A stretch of 64,000 nucleotides of DNA from the human T2T-CHM13v2.0 reference genome, Homo sapiens. The stretch lies in NCBI RefSeq assembly GCF_009914755.1, contig NC_060945.1. One strand, 5' to 3'. The notes below the pieces were generated by a model. The model was not told the origin of the DNA and made no database searches. It saw only the letters and a program-made list of their open reading frames with translations. Positions within the stretch are counted from its first letter, which is position 1; each line of letters begins with the position of its first letter. This document shows, piece after piece, positions 12,546 to 24,746 of the stretch. Made by a program: the position numbers and the translations under genes.

Positions 12546-14324
12546 GTTCCTCAGTGTAAGGGTGCCCTAACTCCTGTGGGGACCTTCTTTGGTGGCTCCC
12601 CAGGAAGTAAGGAGATGGGAATTGTGCTGTAGAGGTCTACAGCAGCACTGCTTGCTGAGGCGGGGGACAATTGCTGTACATATGTAAGGGCAGTGGCTGT
12701 GCTGGGTATGCCTCAGTTTGTTGAGGGGCTTGAGGCGGGTCCCTCTTCCTATTTCCTGAAAGAGGTTGTCCATCTTTGCTAAATTTAGAATGACACGGAC
12801 TTGCCCAGTGATTGCCTTTCTTACACCAGGGACGTACGTTGGGACTTTTCTGTTGATTGATGGTAGTAGTTTTCGTCTTTTGAATTCCTTTCTACATTCC
12901 TTTCTTGTGTCCAATTTGCCCACAATTAAGTCAAGAGCCTGAGAAATGAAGCATATTTTTTCTTACTCTTAATCTAGCCACAGCCTGAGCTAAAAGAATA
13001 ACCTTATGTAAGTTATCTCCAATGCCATCGCAAGCCTTAATATATTTAGTTAAATGGGCCCTCTCTGTCTGGGATCTAATAGCAGTTTGACACTCTGCAT
13101 TAGCATTATTGTACGCAAGAAGCTGTATTACAACATCCTGAGCTGTTTTGATCATTTGCGGCTTTATACACAGCCTCTTGGAGCTGAGCAATAAAATTAA
13201 TATATGGTTCTTTAGGTCCTTGTCAGACAGAACTGAAATAAGGATACTTTTCCCCGGTAACATTTATCCTTTTCTATGTATGTAAGCACATGAAGCACAG
13301 CTGAACAATGGCAACATCTTCCATTAGTGCTTGATTCTCTAATCAACCCCAGTTAGGGCCAACTCATATTAACTGATCAAAGAAAACAGGCACAGGTGGC
13401 TGCACTTGTGTGTTTTCTTTTGCCTGAGTTTGAGCTTCATCAGCCTACCAAGTTTTAAACTGCAAGTACTGAGATGGAGTGAGAACAGGTTTTGTCAAAG
13501 TATCCTAATTATATGGTAGTAATCTATTATCAAGAGCCATATTTTTAAATAAAGTTTGCACAAAAAGAGAGTTCAGTCCATATTGACTAATGGCTTGCTT
13601 AAATTCTTTAGTAACTTAAAAGAGAAAGCAGCCTAATTAGCTATATTCTGTCCTACTTGCTGGATTATAGTAACGGGAAATTGCCATGCTTCAAGGTCTC
13701 CCTTGGCTTTAGCTTTTTGAATAGAATTTTGTCTACCACCACCAATTGCTCCAGGTTTTAATGTTGTAACTACAGGAGCAGTAAGTTTTTCAGCTAATTT
13801 ATTTTCTCACCCATTTAGAGGAGAGAGAGGAGGTGGCCATTCACTTAATTCAGCAGGTGGAGCCAACGGGCTAGTAAAACATACTTTTAAAAGTTTTTCT
13901 TTCTTTTCTTTAATCTCGTCTGGTAGCTGCTCCCCACACTCAGAATTTGAAGTTAGTTTTTTACACTCATCCTCCTCTTCCTCATCTGAGTCTGCCTCAT
14001 CATCTGTTTGAAATGGCTCAAGGGCTGCCTTTATTAGTGCCCACACTGACCATACAGAAACTAGAATTTCTGCTCCATCTTTATATGTCTTTTAAAAAAT
14101 CTCTTCCAATTCTCTCCCATTCATCCAACTTCATAGTCCTTTGTTCTGGAAACCATGGGCAAAACTGCTTTACTGTACTAAAGAGTGATAACAAATTCTA
14201 AGTACTAATTTTCATTCCCCATCTTTGTATGTCCTCGGGTGTCTTTTGATGTTGTGTCCTCTGCTTTCACATGCTCCAGCCTTCCTTCACCGGGTCTTTG
14301 TCACCCCATGTTGGGCGCCAGGAA
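12546..14324 (-). mobile_element. Second HERV-K internal region (HML-1/HERVK14-like): leader, decayed gag, start of dUTPase
   Basis: WALIKAALEPFQTDDEADSDEEEE; IQLLAYNNANAECQTAIR..YIKACDGIG (capsid C-terminal domain); SAAVDLYSTIPISLLPGEPPKKVPTGV ending at 12546. Confidence 0.85.
14303..14320 (-). promoter_or_regulatory. tRNA-Lys(1,2) primer-binding site
   Basis: tggcgcccaacatggggt, close to TGGCGCCCAACGTGGGGC, 4 nt from the LTR end. Confidence 0.9.
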
Positions 14325-14607
14325 TGTTGGGGTGATCAGACCCAACACTAGGTCATGGGGGTGATGAAGTCCGGCAGAGTCAAAGGAATGAGAAAAAGAC
14401 AGTTTGAGAGAGAAAGTGGGACCAGGAGACCATCACGAGTGTGGAGCCTGCAAAGTCCCCAAGCTCTGGGAGCCTACGCTATTTGTTGGTGCTCAAACAA
14501 ACAGGTGGAGAGGATTTAGGGGTTGAAAGGAAACGGTGTATCAAGTGAATGAGAAACATATGGCCCTGCCTCAGCTTCTCTTCCAACACTCAGCTTTTCT
14601 CCCAACA
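14325..14607 (-). mobile_element. HERV-K LTR, LTR14A-like (5' LTR), probably with an internal deletion
   Basis: tgttgggagaaaagctgagtgttggaagagaagctgaggcagggc ... gggtctgatcaccccaaca; TG..CA termini; family name from recall. Confidence 0.78.
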
Positions 14608-15395
14608 CATTCCCCTTATGAACAGGAATAAAATAGGGATGCCTGTTCTCACCACTCCTGTTTAACAAGTCCTAGCCAGAGCAATCAGGCAAGAGAAAGC
14701 TATAAAAGGCATCCAAATAGGAAATGAAGTCAAATTATCTCTCTTCACTGATGATATGATTCTACACCTAGAAATCCCTAAAGACTGTGCCAAAAGGCTC
14801 CTAGAACTGATAAAAAAAACTTCAGCAAACTTTGAGGATTAAAAAAAATTAACATATAGAAAGAAGTATCATTTCTGTACACCAAAAATGTTTAAACTGA
14901 GAGGTAACTCAAGAGTGCAATCCTGTTTACAAGAGCAACCCCCAAAATAAAATAAAAGAAAAGAAGAATATGTCTAAGCAAGGAGGTAAAGGATATCTAA
15001 AAGGAGAACTACGAAACACTGCAGAAAGAAATCATAGATGACAAAGCAAATGGAAAACTATTCCATGCTCATGGATTAGAAAGATCAATATTGTTAAAAT
15101 GGCTATACTGCCAAAAGCAATCTACACATTCAACACTATTCCTATGAAACAACCAATGTCGTTTTTCACAGAATTAGAAAAAAAATATTCTAAATTTCAT
15201 ATGGATTTTTAAAGAGCCCAGACAACCAAAGGAAACCTAAGCAAGAAGAACAAAGCTGGAGACATCACATTACTTGACTTCATACTATACCCTAAGGCCA
15301 CAATAGACAAAATAGCATGGTAGCGATATGAAAACAGACACAAAGACCAATGAAACAGAATAGAGAACCCGAAAATAAACATGCACCTACAGCCA
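14608..15395 (+). mobile_element. Older L1 (L1PB/L1MA-type) ORF2 RT-region fragment
   Basis: ggatgcctgttctcaccactcctgtttaac..tcctagccagagcaatcagg..ctcttcactgatgatatgat (QGCPLSP..FADD region), truncated at both ends. Confidence 0.9.
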
Positions 15396-15994
15396 TCAGC
15401 TTTCCCAGGGTAACACAAAGAGAGCCAAGTGGCACCTGCACATTACGCTGTGGAAGAAAAACCCAAGCTCAAGAAACCTCAACTTGTATTATGGGAAGTT
15501 CACTTGGCTGTACCCTTCCCAAGAGGGAGAAATTATCTGCATTATACTAGACAGTAAATAAACTTTTCCTTTGTTCCAGAAGGAGGTACTGGTTTTCTAT
15601 TCCAAGGCTGTTTTCTATACAAACATGCTTGAAAACAATCATTTGGAACAAGAAAGTCAGCGTCCATACTTGCAAAATGTGTGGAAATCAAAGAGACCCA
15701 AAAACTGTTTCTCTACCAATTTCTATTTTTTTAAAATCACATTTTCCCCATATAATAAGCTTTTAATATGTGTTAATATTCTGAAATTGTCTTAGCATTT
15801 ACCCCCATTTCTGAGTCCTGAAGGATACAATAAATTTAATTTAATTTAGTAACACTTCAAATAGTAGTGATTGTAATAGCAGAGCTAGTTTGTAGCATAA
15901 AGAAAAAATAATAATATTAGGTGACACAAATAATGCTAGCCACCATTTCTAAGTGTCATGGTAAGTACAGTGATTATTTTCTTTTTTTCTGACT

Positions 15995-16170
15995 CTTTTT
16001 TATTGTATTTTTTTATTTTTTTTCCCATAGGTTATTGGGGTACGGTGGTATTTGGTTCGAGTCCATGAATAACTTCTTTACTGGTTATTTGTGAGATTTG
16101 GGTGCACCTATCACCCGAACAGTGTACACTGCACCTTATTTGTTATCTTTTATCCCTCGCCCCCCACCCT
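15995..16170 (-). mobile_element. L1PB1-like 3' end
   Basis: T-rich tail then ccataggttattggggtac..ggtgcacctatcacccga. Confidence 0.8.
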
Positions 16171-16888
16171 ATTAAATAATAGACAAAAAATAATGGGTTT
16201 AGAATAAATGAGTTCAAATGAATTGTCAAACCTATGTGGGAAAAGTGGAATCAGTTTGTGAGAAAAAGGAAAAAACCTCAACAGAAATGCTGATAAAGCA
16301 TCATCCCTTCATGGCTAGAGCTGCCAGGACACTAGAACACCAAAATCAGCTAGGGAAATTTTGTAGAAGTCCCAGATGTACTAGATGTTCTGTGAATACA
16401 CAGAGATATAATTATAACTGTTACCTGCATGTAGAGTAAAGATGAGAAGTCATTGGTCATGGTGGCAGCTACCTCAGGAGTTACAAAGCAGACGTGGTTC
16501 CAGGACAGTGTATGTCAGGGCAAAGCTGTCCTAGGACGCTATTAGGAGTTGGTTATGGCATAGACATTGTAAGTCAGATGGTCTCATTACTTTCAATGAC
16601 AAAACCAAAATTACTTTTGTATCAGCCTAATACAACGGCCTGGCAAGAGCACAGAAAAAGTCCCTGTGCTGTTAGGTGGGGACCTCTGATGCAGCACAAT
16701 TCCTTCATTCCCTTCTCCAAAACCCCCCTCTTCCAATTCCACTGAAGAGAGAATCTGATGGAAGTGCTGTGTAAGTAGGCTCAGATATATCTACCACTAT
16801 AGATAGTAGAGGTGATTCATAAATCCAAGCCTATCAAATACATCATAAAAAAGTTACACGTTTAATTTTTTTTTGAAATTAGGGATCA

Positions 16889-17380
16889 TGATATAAAAGT
16901 TATCAGAATCAAAACTGTCAGTAATCTTTAAAAAGAAAAGAAAAAACCTGGACAAATAGATTCAGAGAAGGCCTTGAAGAGAGGGTTCTCATGCTTCTAG
17001 GCCTGATACAAACTGTCACAAAATCCACAACCTTGCACAAAGGCCATAGCAACCTTACACAAAATACACTTCTGTGAGGACATCTATCCAGCAACCACCT
17101 GCTCAAACTTCAACTGACATCGACCTTGTTGTTGATCTTTATAGTCAAAGATAACTATAACAAAACAATTATATAAGCCTGTTCATTTTTCCTTTATTTA
17201 TTTTTTTCTACTCCCCCATAATTCCAGGTTGATCACTTTTCTTTTAAAGACCTTGTCTTCCTTTACCATTTGAATCTACACAGTTTGCTTTGTCATGCAT
17301 ATTCCCATTGCAGTGCCCTCCTCCCTAAGATGTGTCTTTTTCCTTTAGAGAACCTTTCTCTGTTTGTTATTTAGGTTTAC
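16889..17380 (+). mobile_element. ERV1 solo LTR (MER67-like)
   Basis: TG..CA-bounded ~490 bp ending tctctgtttgttatttaggtttaca; family from recall. Confidence 0.55.
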
Positions 17381-18689
17381 AATGAGAAGGCGTGAAAAGT
17401 AATTTTACTGTCTTCCTAGGAAAAAATCACTGACTTACAATATTTATATTTATTTATTTACATTCCTGGGGATGAGGAATTAAAGATTTCACAAATTTTC
17501 TTATTGAGAAGATCGAAGTTTTCATGTGAGCAAAACTGAATATGTAAATTGATATGTAAATTATGCTGCAGATAATATGCTCAAATGTTTACTTGTATTT
17601 AATTTGTTACACATGAATATTGCATATGTAAGATAATATACTAAGAAATTATCACATTTAATGAAATGCTTTAATCAAATTCCTGATTGAATTTTTGATA
17701 TCAATATCTTTTTCCTTGTTTAATCCATCTTTAGAGTGAACAGGGCTGTCTAGGCCAAAGTCCTCACTTCTATCTAAATTGTCTGAGTTACAGAACTTTT
17801 TGAATTTATTATGTTGTCACAGGAAGTTTCTTATTGCTTGTTTAAAGGAGTCGCTCTCAATATGATGCGGAATCCAAAAGCACTGAAGGGCATATATCCT
17901 GAGTTTCTGTTACTGAAGCCAAAGGTTGCCAATTTCTTGTAGATCCTGCTAGAGTTAAACTTCATTTAAGTAATCATTAAAAGCTGCATTTATTCCCTCA
18001 CTTGAACTTTTGATTTCACACTATTAGGACTAATCCTCTAAGTCTTTGCTAAGTTATGTTCCTCCTTTTCTTGTGGCTTGATTCTGATGCTCTCTATATG
18101 CAACATCAATTGATGTAAAGTACATTCAGGGTAAGAGAGTTTCTTTAAATATTACTTTGTTATTCAAAATAATCACAAAAGCACTCATCGTAGGAAAACT
18201 TGTGAGGACTCAAATATAGGGAAATACTTTTTCTTTCTAAGGCACAATTCTCTAAAGAAGTTCACCTTAATTTGAATATACATGGGAAAATATCCTTGTT
18301 CACTAATAGTCTATATTCACTCTGTTTTCTTCCCTCATAGACCAGCCGGTTCACTATTATTTTCCAAATGATGTTTGCCTCTTTAGAGTCCAGGCTATCT
18401 GCATATCTACTTTTTCCCACAAATTACTGTTTTGAATTGCACTGAATTCAATTCAAAGGGATGTCATTTATAAACAGTGCAAATATATACTGCACGAGGG
18501 ATCTTAGAAATCATACACATGGTTTGATCCATAAGCTCATATGAGCGTGCAATGTCAACTTCTTTCATGTTTTTTTAAGTCCACTTAAATTCTATTTTAA
18601 GCCACCATCTGCCTGTGCTGTTAGGGCAGTTAGCCTTCAATCATTTTAAGATGCTCCTCTCTAAGTACCGTGATAATGATAGAGATATC

Positions 18690-19085
18690 ACCAGTCAGGT
18701 GTCCTAGGAAGCCGACTCCGAGTTGGAGATTTGCATGCAAGGAGGTTGAAATGATATTCCCAACACCTGTGGAAGAGTGAAAGCAATAGGATTGGGCGGA
18801 GCAGGAAGTCGGCTAGAATGCAATCACTATCATGGCTGCAGTCCACTCTACAGGGATCTTGGTGAGTTTACCTAATGACCTCGAATTGGAGCAAGAAAAC
18901 CAGGCCATTATATTTCTGTACCAAGCAGTTCTCGGATGTGGGATGCCCTGAGAAGGGACATGAACTTGGATGAAGGAACTTTACTGTGCTGTGAGTATTG
19001 TTGCCAGGAGTCAGCTGTCAACACTCCCAGGAGACGGGAAATTATGCTTTAGTCACTGAGGCGGCATCTAGTGTCAGACCACAGC
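18690..19085 (-). mobile_element. Old ERVL-type LTR (LTR33/LTR16-like)
   Basis: cctaggaagccgactccgagttggagatttgcatgcaagg resembles the reverse complement of an ERVL LTR U5. Confidence 0.4.
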
Positions 19086-19726
19086 CTTGTTAAACAGAGC
19101 CAGACTTTGGAGGATGGTTGGTGGGTTTAAAATTTGGGGCTTGACATCTTGTCCCCACAAGCTGCTGCTGGCCTCTTCCTTGTCCATTTCTGTGTGGCCT
19201 GTTTAGGCCCCCCAGCTTCCTGCTTCTTCTTTACCATATTTGGAATGCAAAAATCTACACGTAATTTGGCCCATGGTCCCTTCTGCTTAGACATATCCTT
19301 GTAGCTATTTTTTTTTTTAAAGATGACTATGTCTTCTAGAATATTTCTAAGAAATTGCCTAAGTCACCACTGCTCACCAAGAGGCCTTTGTTTTTTCCTC
19401 TTCTTAACCATGGGAAAGGAATGTAGGAGGGTAGGGAGTGGATATTTTCTAACCTGGAAAAAACTCATTTTACCCTATATAATTTTTTTTAGCAAATTCC
19501 TTCTTTGCACTTACTCCACAATCTTTCCAAATTCTCCCAAATGCTCAAGCTTTTAAAAAACAAAAGACAGAAAGATAGCAGGTTATTAGGTTTTCCACCA
19601 AACCTTTTCTTTCTATTCCTTTACATCAGTGAGCTTAGAATAACTCTGCTCCTGGAACTGGGAAAGGGACTTGGGAAAAGAAAGAAAAAAAAAGCTCCCA
19701 AAGTTTAGCATCACAAAACATTATAG

Positions 19727-20047
<321 letters not shown>

Positions 20048-22484
20048 CTGCTTTGTAAGTTTTACATCATATATCCCCTGTGTTAGACCAAGAGCTTGTA
20101 AAAGCCAGAAGACATACACCATTTATCGTTCAATTAGAGATGTTCACTGATAAAACTGATTCTTCCATCTGAGGGTGGTAATTGTAGTTACAGTAATGTA
20201 GATGACAATCTAAGTTATGTTCTATAAACTGTGTCACTGACATCTCAATCTACAGCTAACTTTGATTTTTTAAAAGCAGAGGAGTGGGTTGTATAGGTTT
20301 AGAAATACATCCATCAAGCTAGTTAAGTGAGATGGATTCAAGCCTTCAACTCACTGGAATATTTACCAAATTGACTATTCATTAGCTAAAGGAGCCATAT
20401 AAACAAGGTACTTTTTAAAATTCAAAATTATGTAAGGTTTTATTTCCTTTTTATGTTGTTATGAATTGGATTGTAGAGGTTATAAGGTAAAATAAGATTA
20501 CTTTTACAGTAAAACATACAACACATTGTCGCAAGAGGGCAGCCTTTGAACACGAATTGCTTCTCAGGCATTCCTTGAAATTTTGAGACAGTTACTTTAA
20601 TTAACACAACAAAATAATAAAACACTACAGAGGATCTAAGAAGATACTTTGACTTATGCATATTGTTACTTTTTTATTACTGCTAGTGGAAGATGTAATC
20701 GACAAGGAAGGTAAGGGCTGAATTTGTTTTATGTAAAAAGACAAATTTCTTTGGGTTTTAGCTTTCAAACATCAAGATAGTAGGTCAATGTCTAAATGAG
20801 TGTATCAAAGTTCTCACAATGGCACATGTAAATTCACCTCTTGTCTACCCAAAACTCTAACCAAGCAAAGGCAAGTTGGAAGAATCAGACAAATGTAAGT
20901 CCCTAGGATACATAAATGCCACGGGATTTTATGTTTTTAACTTTCAACCTCCTAAGTTTCACTAAGAGACATGTTATTTGGAGAGGTTGCTAAAGTGTAT
21001 TTGTATGATGTCTCTGTTTACGGTTGGTCTGGACCTCTTTCTGTCCAGTGGTTGCCCTCAACTGATGAGAGTCACCTCTCTAAAGATCATGCTTACGTCC
21101 CTGGAGCAGTCCGCAGCACTATCAATGTCTGACGTCCACCTTTTTCCAATTAATATTTCTGTACTTACTGAATTGGAAAACATACAGGTGTTTTTTGCCT
21201 GGTCACTTGTGGTTTTACAACACTCCCCCCGCTTCCCCACCACTGCCCCAGGTGATTTTGATGCCAGCCAAAGTGTGAGAACTACTGGCAGCTGCTGGCC
21301 GACAGCAGCAAAGGCCCAAATCCTCTGTGTGACTTCAAGACCCGTATCTGGTTTTCAGCCATATTTCCTTCTCCTTCTCACAGCTGAGTCCACTCCTCCT
21401 CCCTCACCACCTGTAGGCTATGCTTTCCAGCCTGTGTCCAGGATTAGTCCTGATGTAAGGCACGTGGGGTTTAAGGAGCTCTCTCTTCAGTCTTATTTCC
21501 ACACCATCTCTGACAGATATATTCCAGTTGTAATCATGGGGCTACCTCCTCTTGTTTCCAGTCCCAATCTCGTTTTCTCTATCACATTCTACCTTGTAAT
21601 AACCTAAATCTTCTGGTGGGCAAGCTTCTTCCTCAATCAAATTTGTGTTTATGATTGTGTTGGGGATTGGCATAGTAATCCAGGTACTGCTACTGCCTTG
21701 AAAGCGGAGACTGCATCCTTCTGTCTGGATATCTTGAGTTTCTGGATTGTAAACCTTATTAGGGCCCATTTTTCCTAGAATTGGAGCCTCTACTTTGTTC
21801 TTGCTACTTTAGTTCACCCAGAAAGCACGATCTCTGCCTGAATTTCAAAGTGTTGGCTAGTTTAAATATCCTTTTGTGAGACTTTTGTCTTCCTGCGGGG
21901 TGATTTTTTCATCTTACATATCATTGCTAATCTTTTTACCTTGAATATAATTGAAATAGTTTTAATCTGTGTTACCAGCAACAAGAACCCCTTTTATGAG
22001 ATGAAGAGGCCAGGTCAGTCTCATAACTTGTGTACCCCTCCGTGTGTTGAATTTATGTCAGAGCCAGGTTCTTTCCTATTTGATGTCTCTCACCAAATTC
22101 CAGTGTTTATGTCCTAGGAGGTGCCCAATAAATTCTAGAGTTGATACAAGCTGTAATTTTAGAGAAATTAAATTAGCAAGTAGAATTAGATTATATACAA
22201 CCTAATCAACTTTTTTTTTTTTCCCTGAGGATGACCAAGATTTGGGCTTCAGTGACAATAGTTATCCCCTAAATATTTATACTCAATCTAGGATCACCAG
22301 TAAAATGTTGAATAGAGGTGATGAACACACACATCCTTTTCTTGTCCTAATCTATGTGGTTTAAACATTTACGCTTTCACAATTAAATATAATATTGTTT
22401 ATATGTTTTGTTGTGGATGCTTTCCACCACTTCTAAAAAATTTCTTTTTCTAGCTTGCTGAGAGTTTTTTTTTTTAATCAGCAA

Positions 22485-23100
22485 TAGATATTTCTCCAAA
22501 GAAAATATCCAAATTACCAACAGGTACATGAAAAAAATGCTCAGCATCACTAATCATCAGGGAAATGCAAATCAAAACCACAAAGAGATATTGCCTCAAG
22601 CCTGTTAGAATGGTCTGATTAAAAGAAAAAGATAACGAGTGTTAACAATGGGGAGAAATTGGAACACTTGTACAGTGTTTCTGGGAAAGTAAAACTGTGC
22701 AGCCTCTATGGAAAACAGTACAGTTGTTCCTCAAAAAAATTAAGAAAGTAGAACTACCATATGATCTAGCAATCTCACTTCAGGTTATTTATCTGAAAGA
22801 ATTGAGATTGGGATGATTCTCAGGCTCATTGCAGCATTATTTACACTAATCAAAATGTGGAAATAAGGTTAATGTTTATTGGCAGATGAATAGATAAAGA
22901 AAATGTGGTATATTCATACAACGGAATATTATTCAGCTTTAAAACAAGAAAATCCGGCAATATGCAACATGGATGAACCTAGAGGACATTAATGCTACGT
23001 AAAGTAAATCAGTCACAGAAGGACAAACTGTATGATTCCACTTGTATAAAGTATCTAAGATAGCCAAATTAATTAGAATCACAGATTAGAATGGTGATAG
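22485..23100 (+). mobile_element. L1MA/L1MB 3' region fragment
   Basis: atttctccaaagaaaatat..atgctcagcatcactaatcatcagggaaatgcaaatcaaaaccaca..catggatgaacctagaggacatt. Confidence 0.85.
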
Positions 23101-24435
23101 CCCTTTAAGTTGAAATCAATTTTACATTCCTGGGTTTTGTAGTTTTGCTATCAGGATTCTGACTCATAAAACAAGTTTGGAATTCCCCCCTTCTTCTGAA
23201 ATAATTTAAAAATTTTATTTTTTTAAAACGTTTGAAAGAATTCACCAGCAAAACTCTTTGGATGTGGAGTTTGCTTATTTTTTTATTTCTTTAGTTTTAT
23301 GTTTTTATGTGCAGGTATTTGACAATTTAATTACTTTAATAAATGTCAATTACTTCATATATTCCATTTAATCTTGTGAAATTTTTTATAAGTTTCTTTT
23401 CAAGGAATTCACCCTTTCATCCAAGTAATGAAAATTAGTATAAAATGTTTCACAATATTCTATTATCTTGTTAATGTCTCTTGTGTCTACAACTGTACAA
23501 TCTCATTAATCCCTGATATTTATAATTTGCGTTTTCTTTCTTTCTCACAGAACTAACTTTTGGCCATGTTAATTTTCTCCTGTGTCTGTTTTCTGTCTCA
23601 TTGATTTCTAATTTCTGTTTTATTTTCTTTCTTCTACTTGTTTTGGACTTAATTTGTTCTCTTGTTTTAGATTTTCTTTTTAAGGTAGAAAATTAGTGCA
23701 CTTGTTTTGAACTTCTCTTTTTTAGAATAAGCATTTATACAAAAAATTTACTCTGGGTCTGCTTAACTTATCCCACATATTTTGATATAGTATATTTTTA
23801 TTTGTATTCAGTTCAATGTATTTTAAGGTGTTTCTTATGATTTCTTCCTTGAGCTAAAGGGCATTTTAAGGTGTATTTAAATCTTCCAATAGTGTAGACT
23901 TTCCTGGGTAGCTTGTTTTCACCCATTTCAACTCATTTTCATTATGGTCAGAAAGTATACTTTCTATGATTACAGTGTTTTGAAACTTCTTGACAGATAT
24001 TTTGTGGTCTATAGCCTATTGATAAATGTTTCATGTGTAGCATAATAGAACATATATTCTATTTTCTTGGTCAATATCGATTAGGTCAGGGTGTTGTCAA
24101 AATTATTTTACCTTAACTTTCTTTAGTTATTCTATCAGCAATACAGCATTATGTCTTCATAATTACTTGACATTTTATCATTATGAAATAGCTTTCTGTT
24201 GTAATATTGCTTGTTTGGAGGTCTACTTTTTCTTATATTAATATAGCCACATAAGATTTCTTGTGCTTGTTGTTTCCTTGGTATACTTGGAAATTATTTA
24301 ACTCTCAACTTATCTATACCATAATATTTGGCATGCATCTCTTATAGGTACTTTTATTATATAGTTGGACAATCTGTGTTTTATTTGGAGTATTTAAATT
24401 ACATTTGAAATAATTATTGATAAGGTTGGAGTTAA

Positions 24436-24746
<311 letters not shown>

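Noticed and set aside
20978-21769. 209-aa ORF and overlapping minus-strand ORFs as a gene or processed pseudogene
   Set aside because: Non-ATG start, no recognisable domain, crosses a MER5-like motif at ~21245-21290, and no poly-A or TSD seen.
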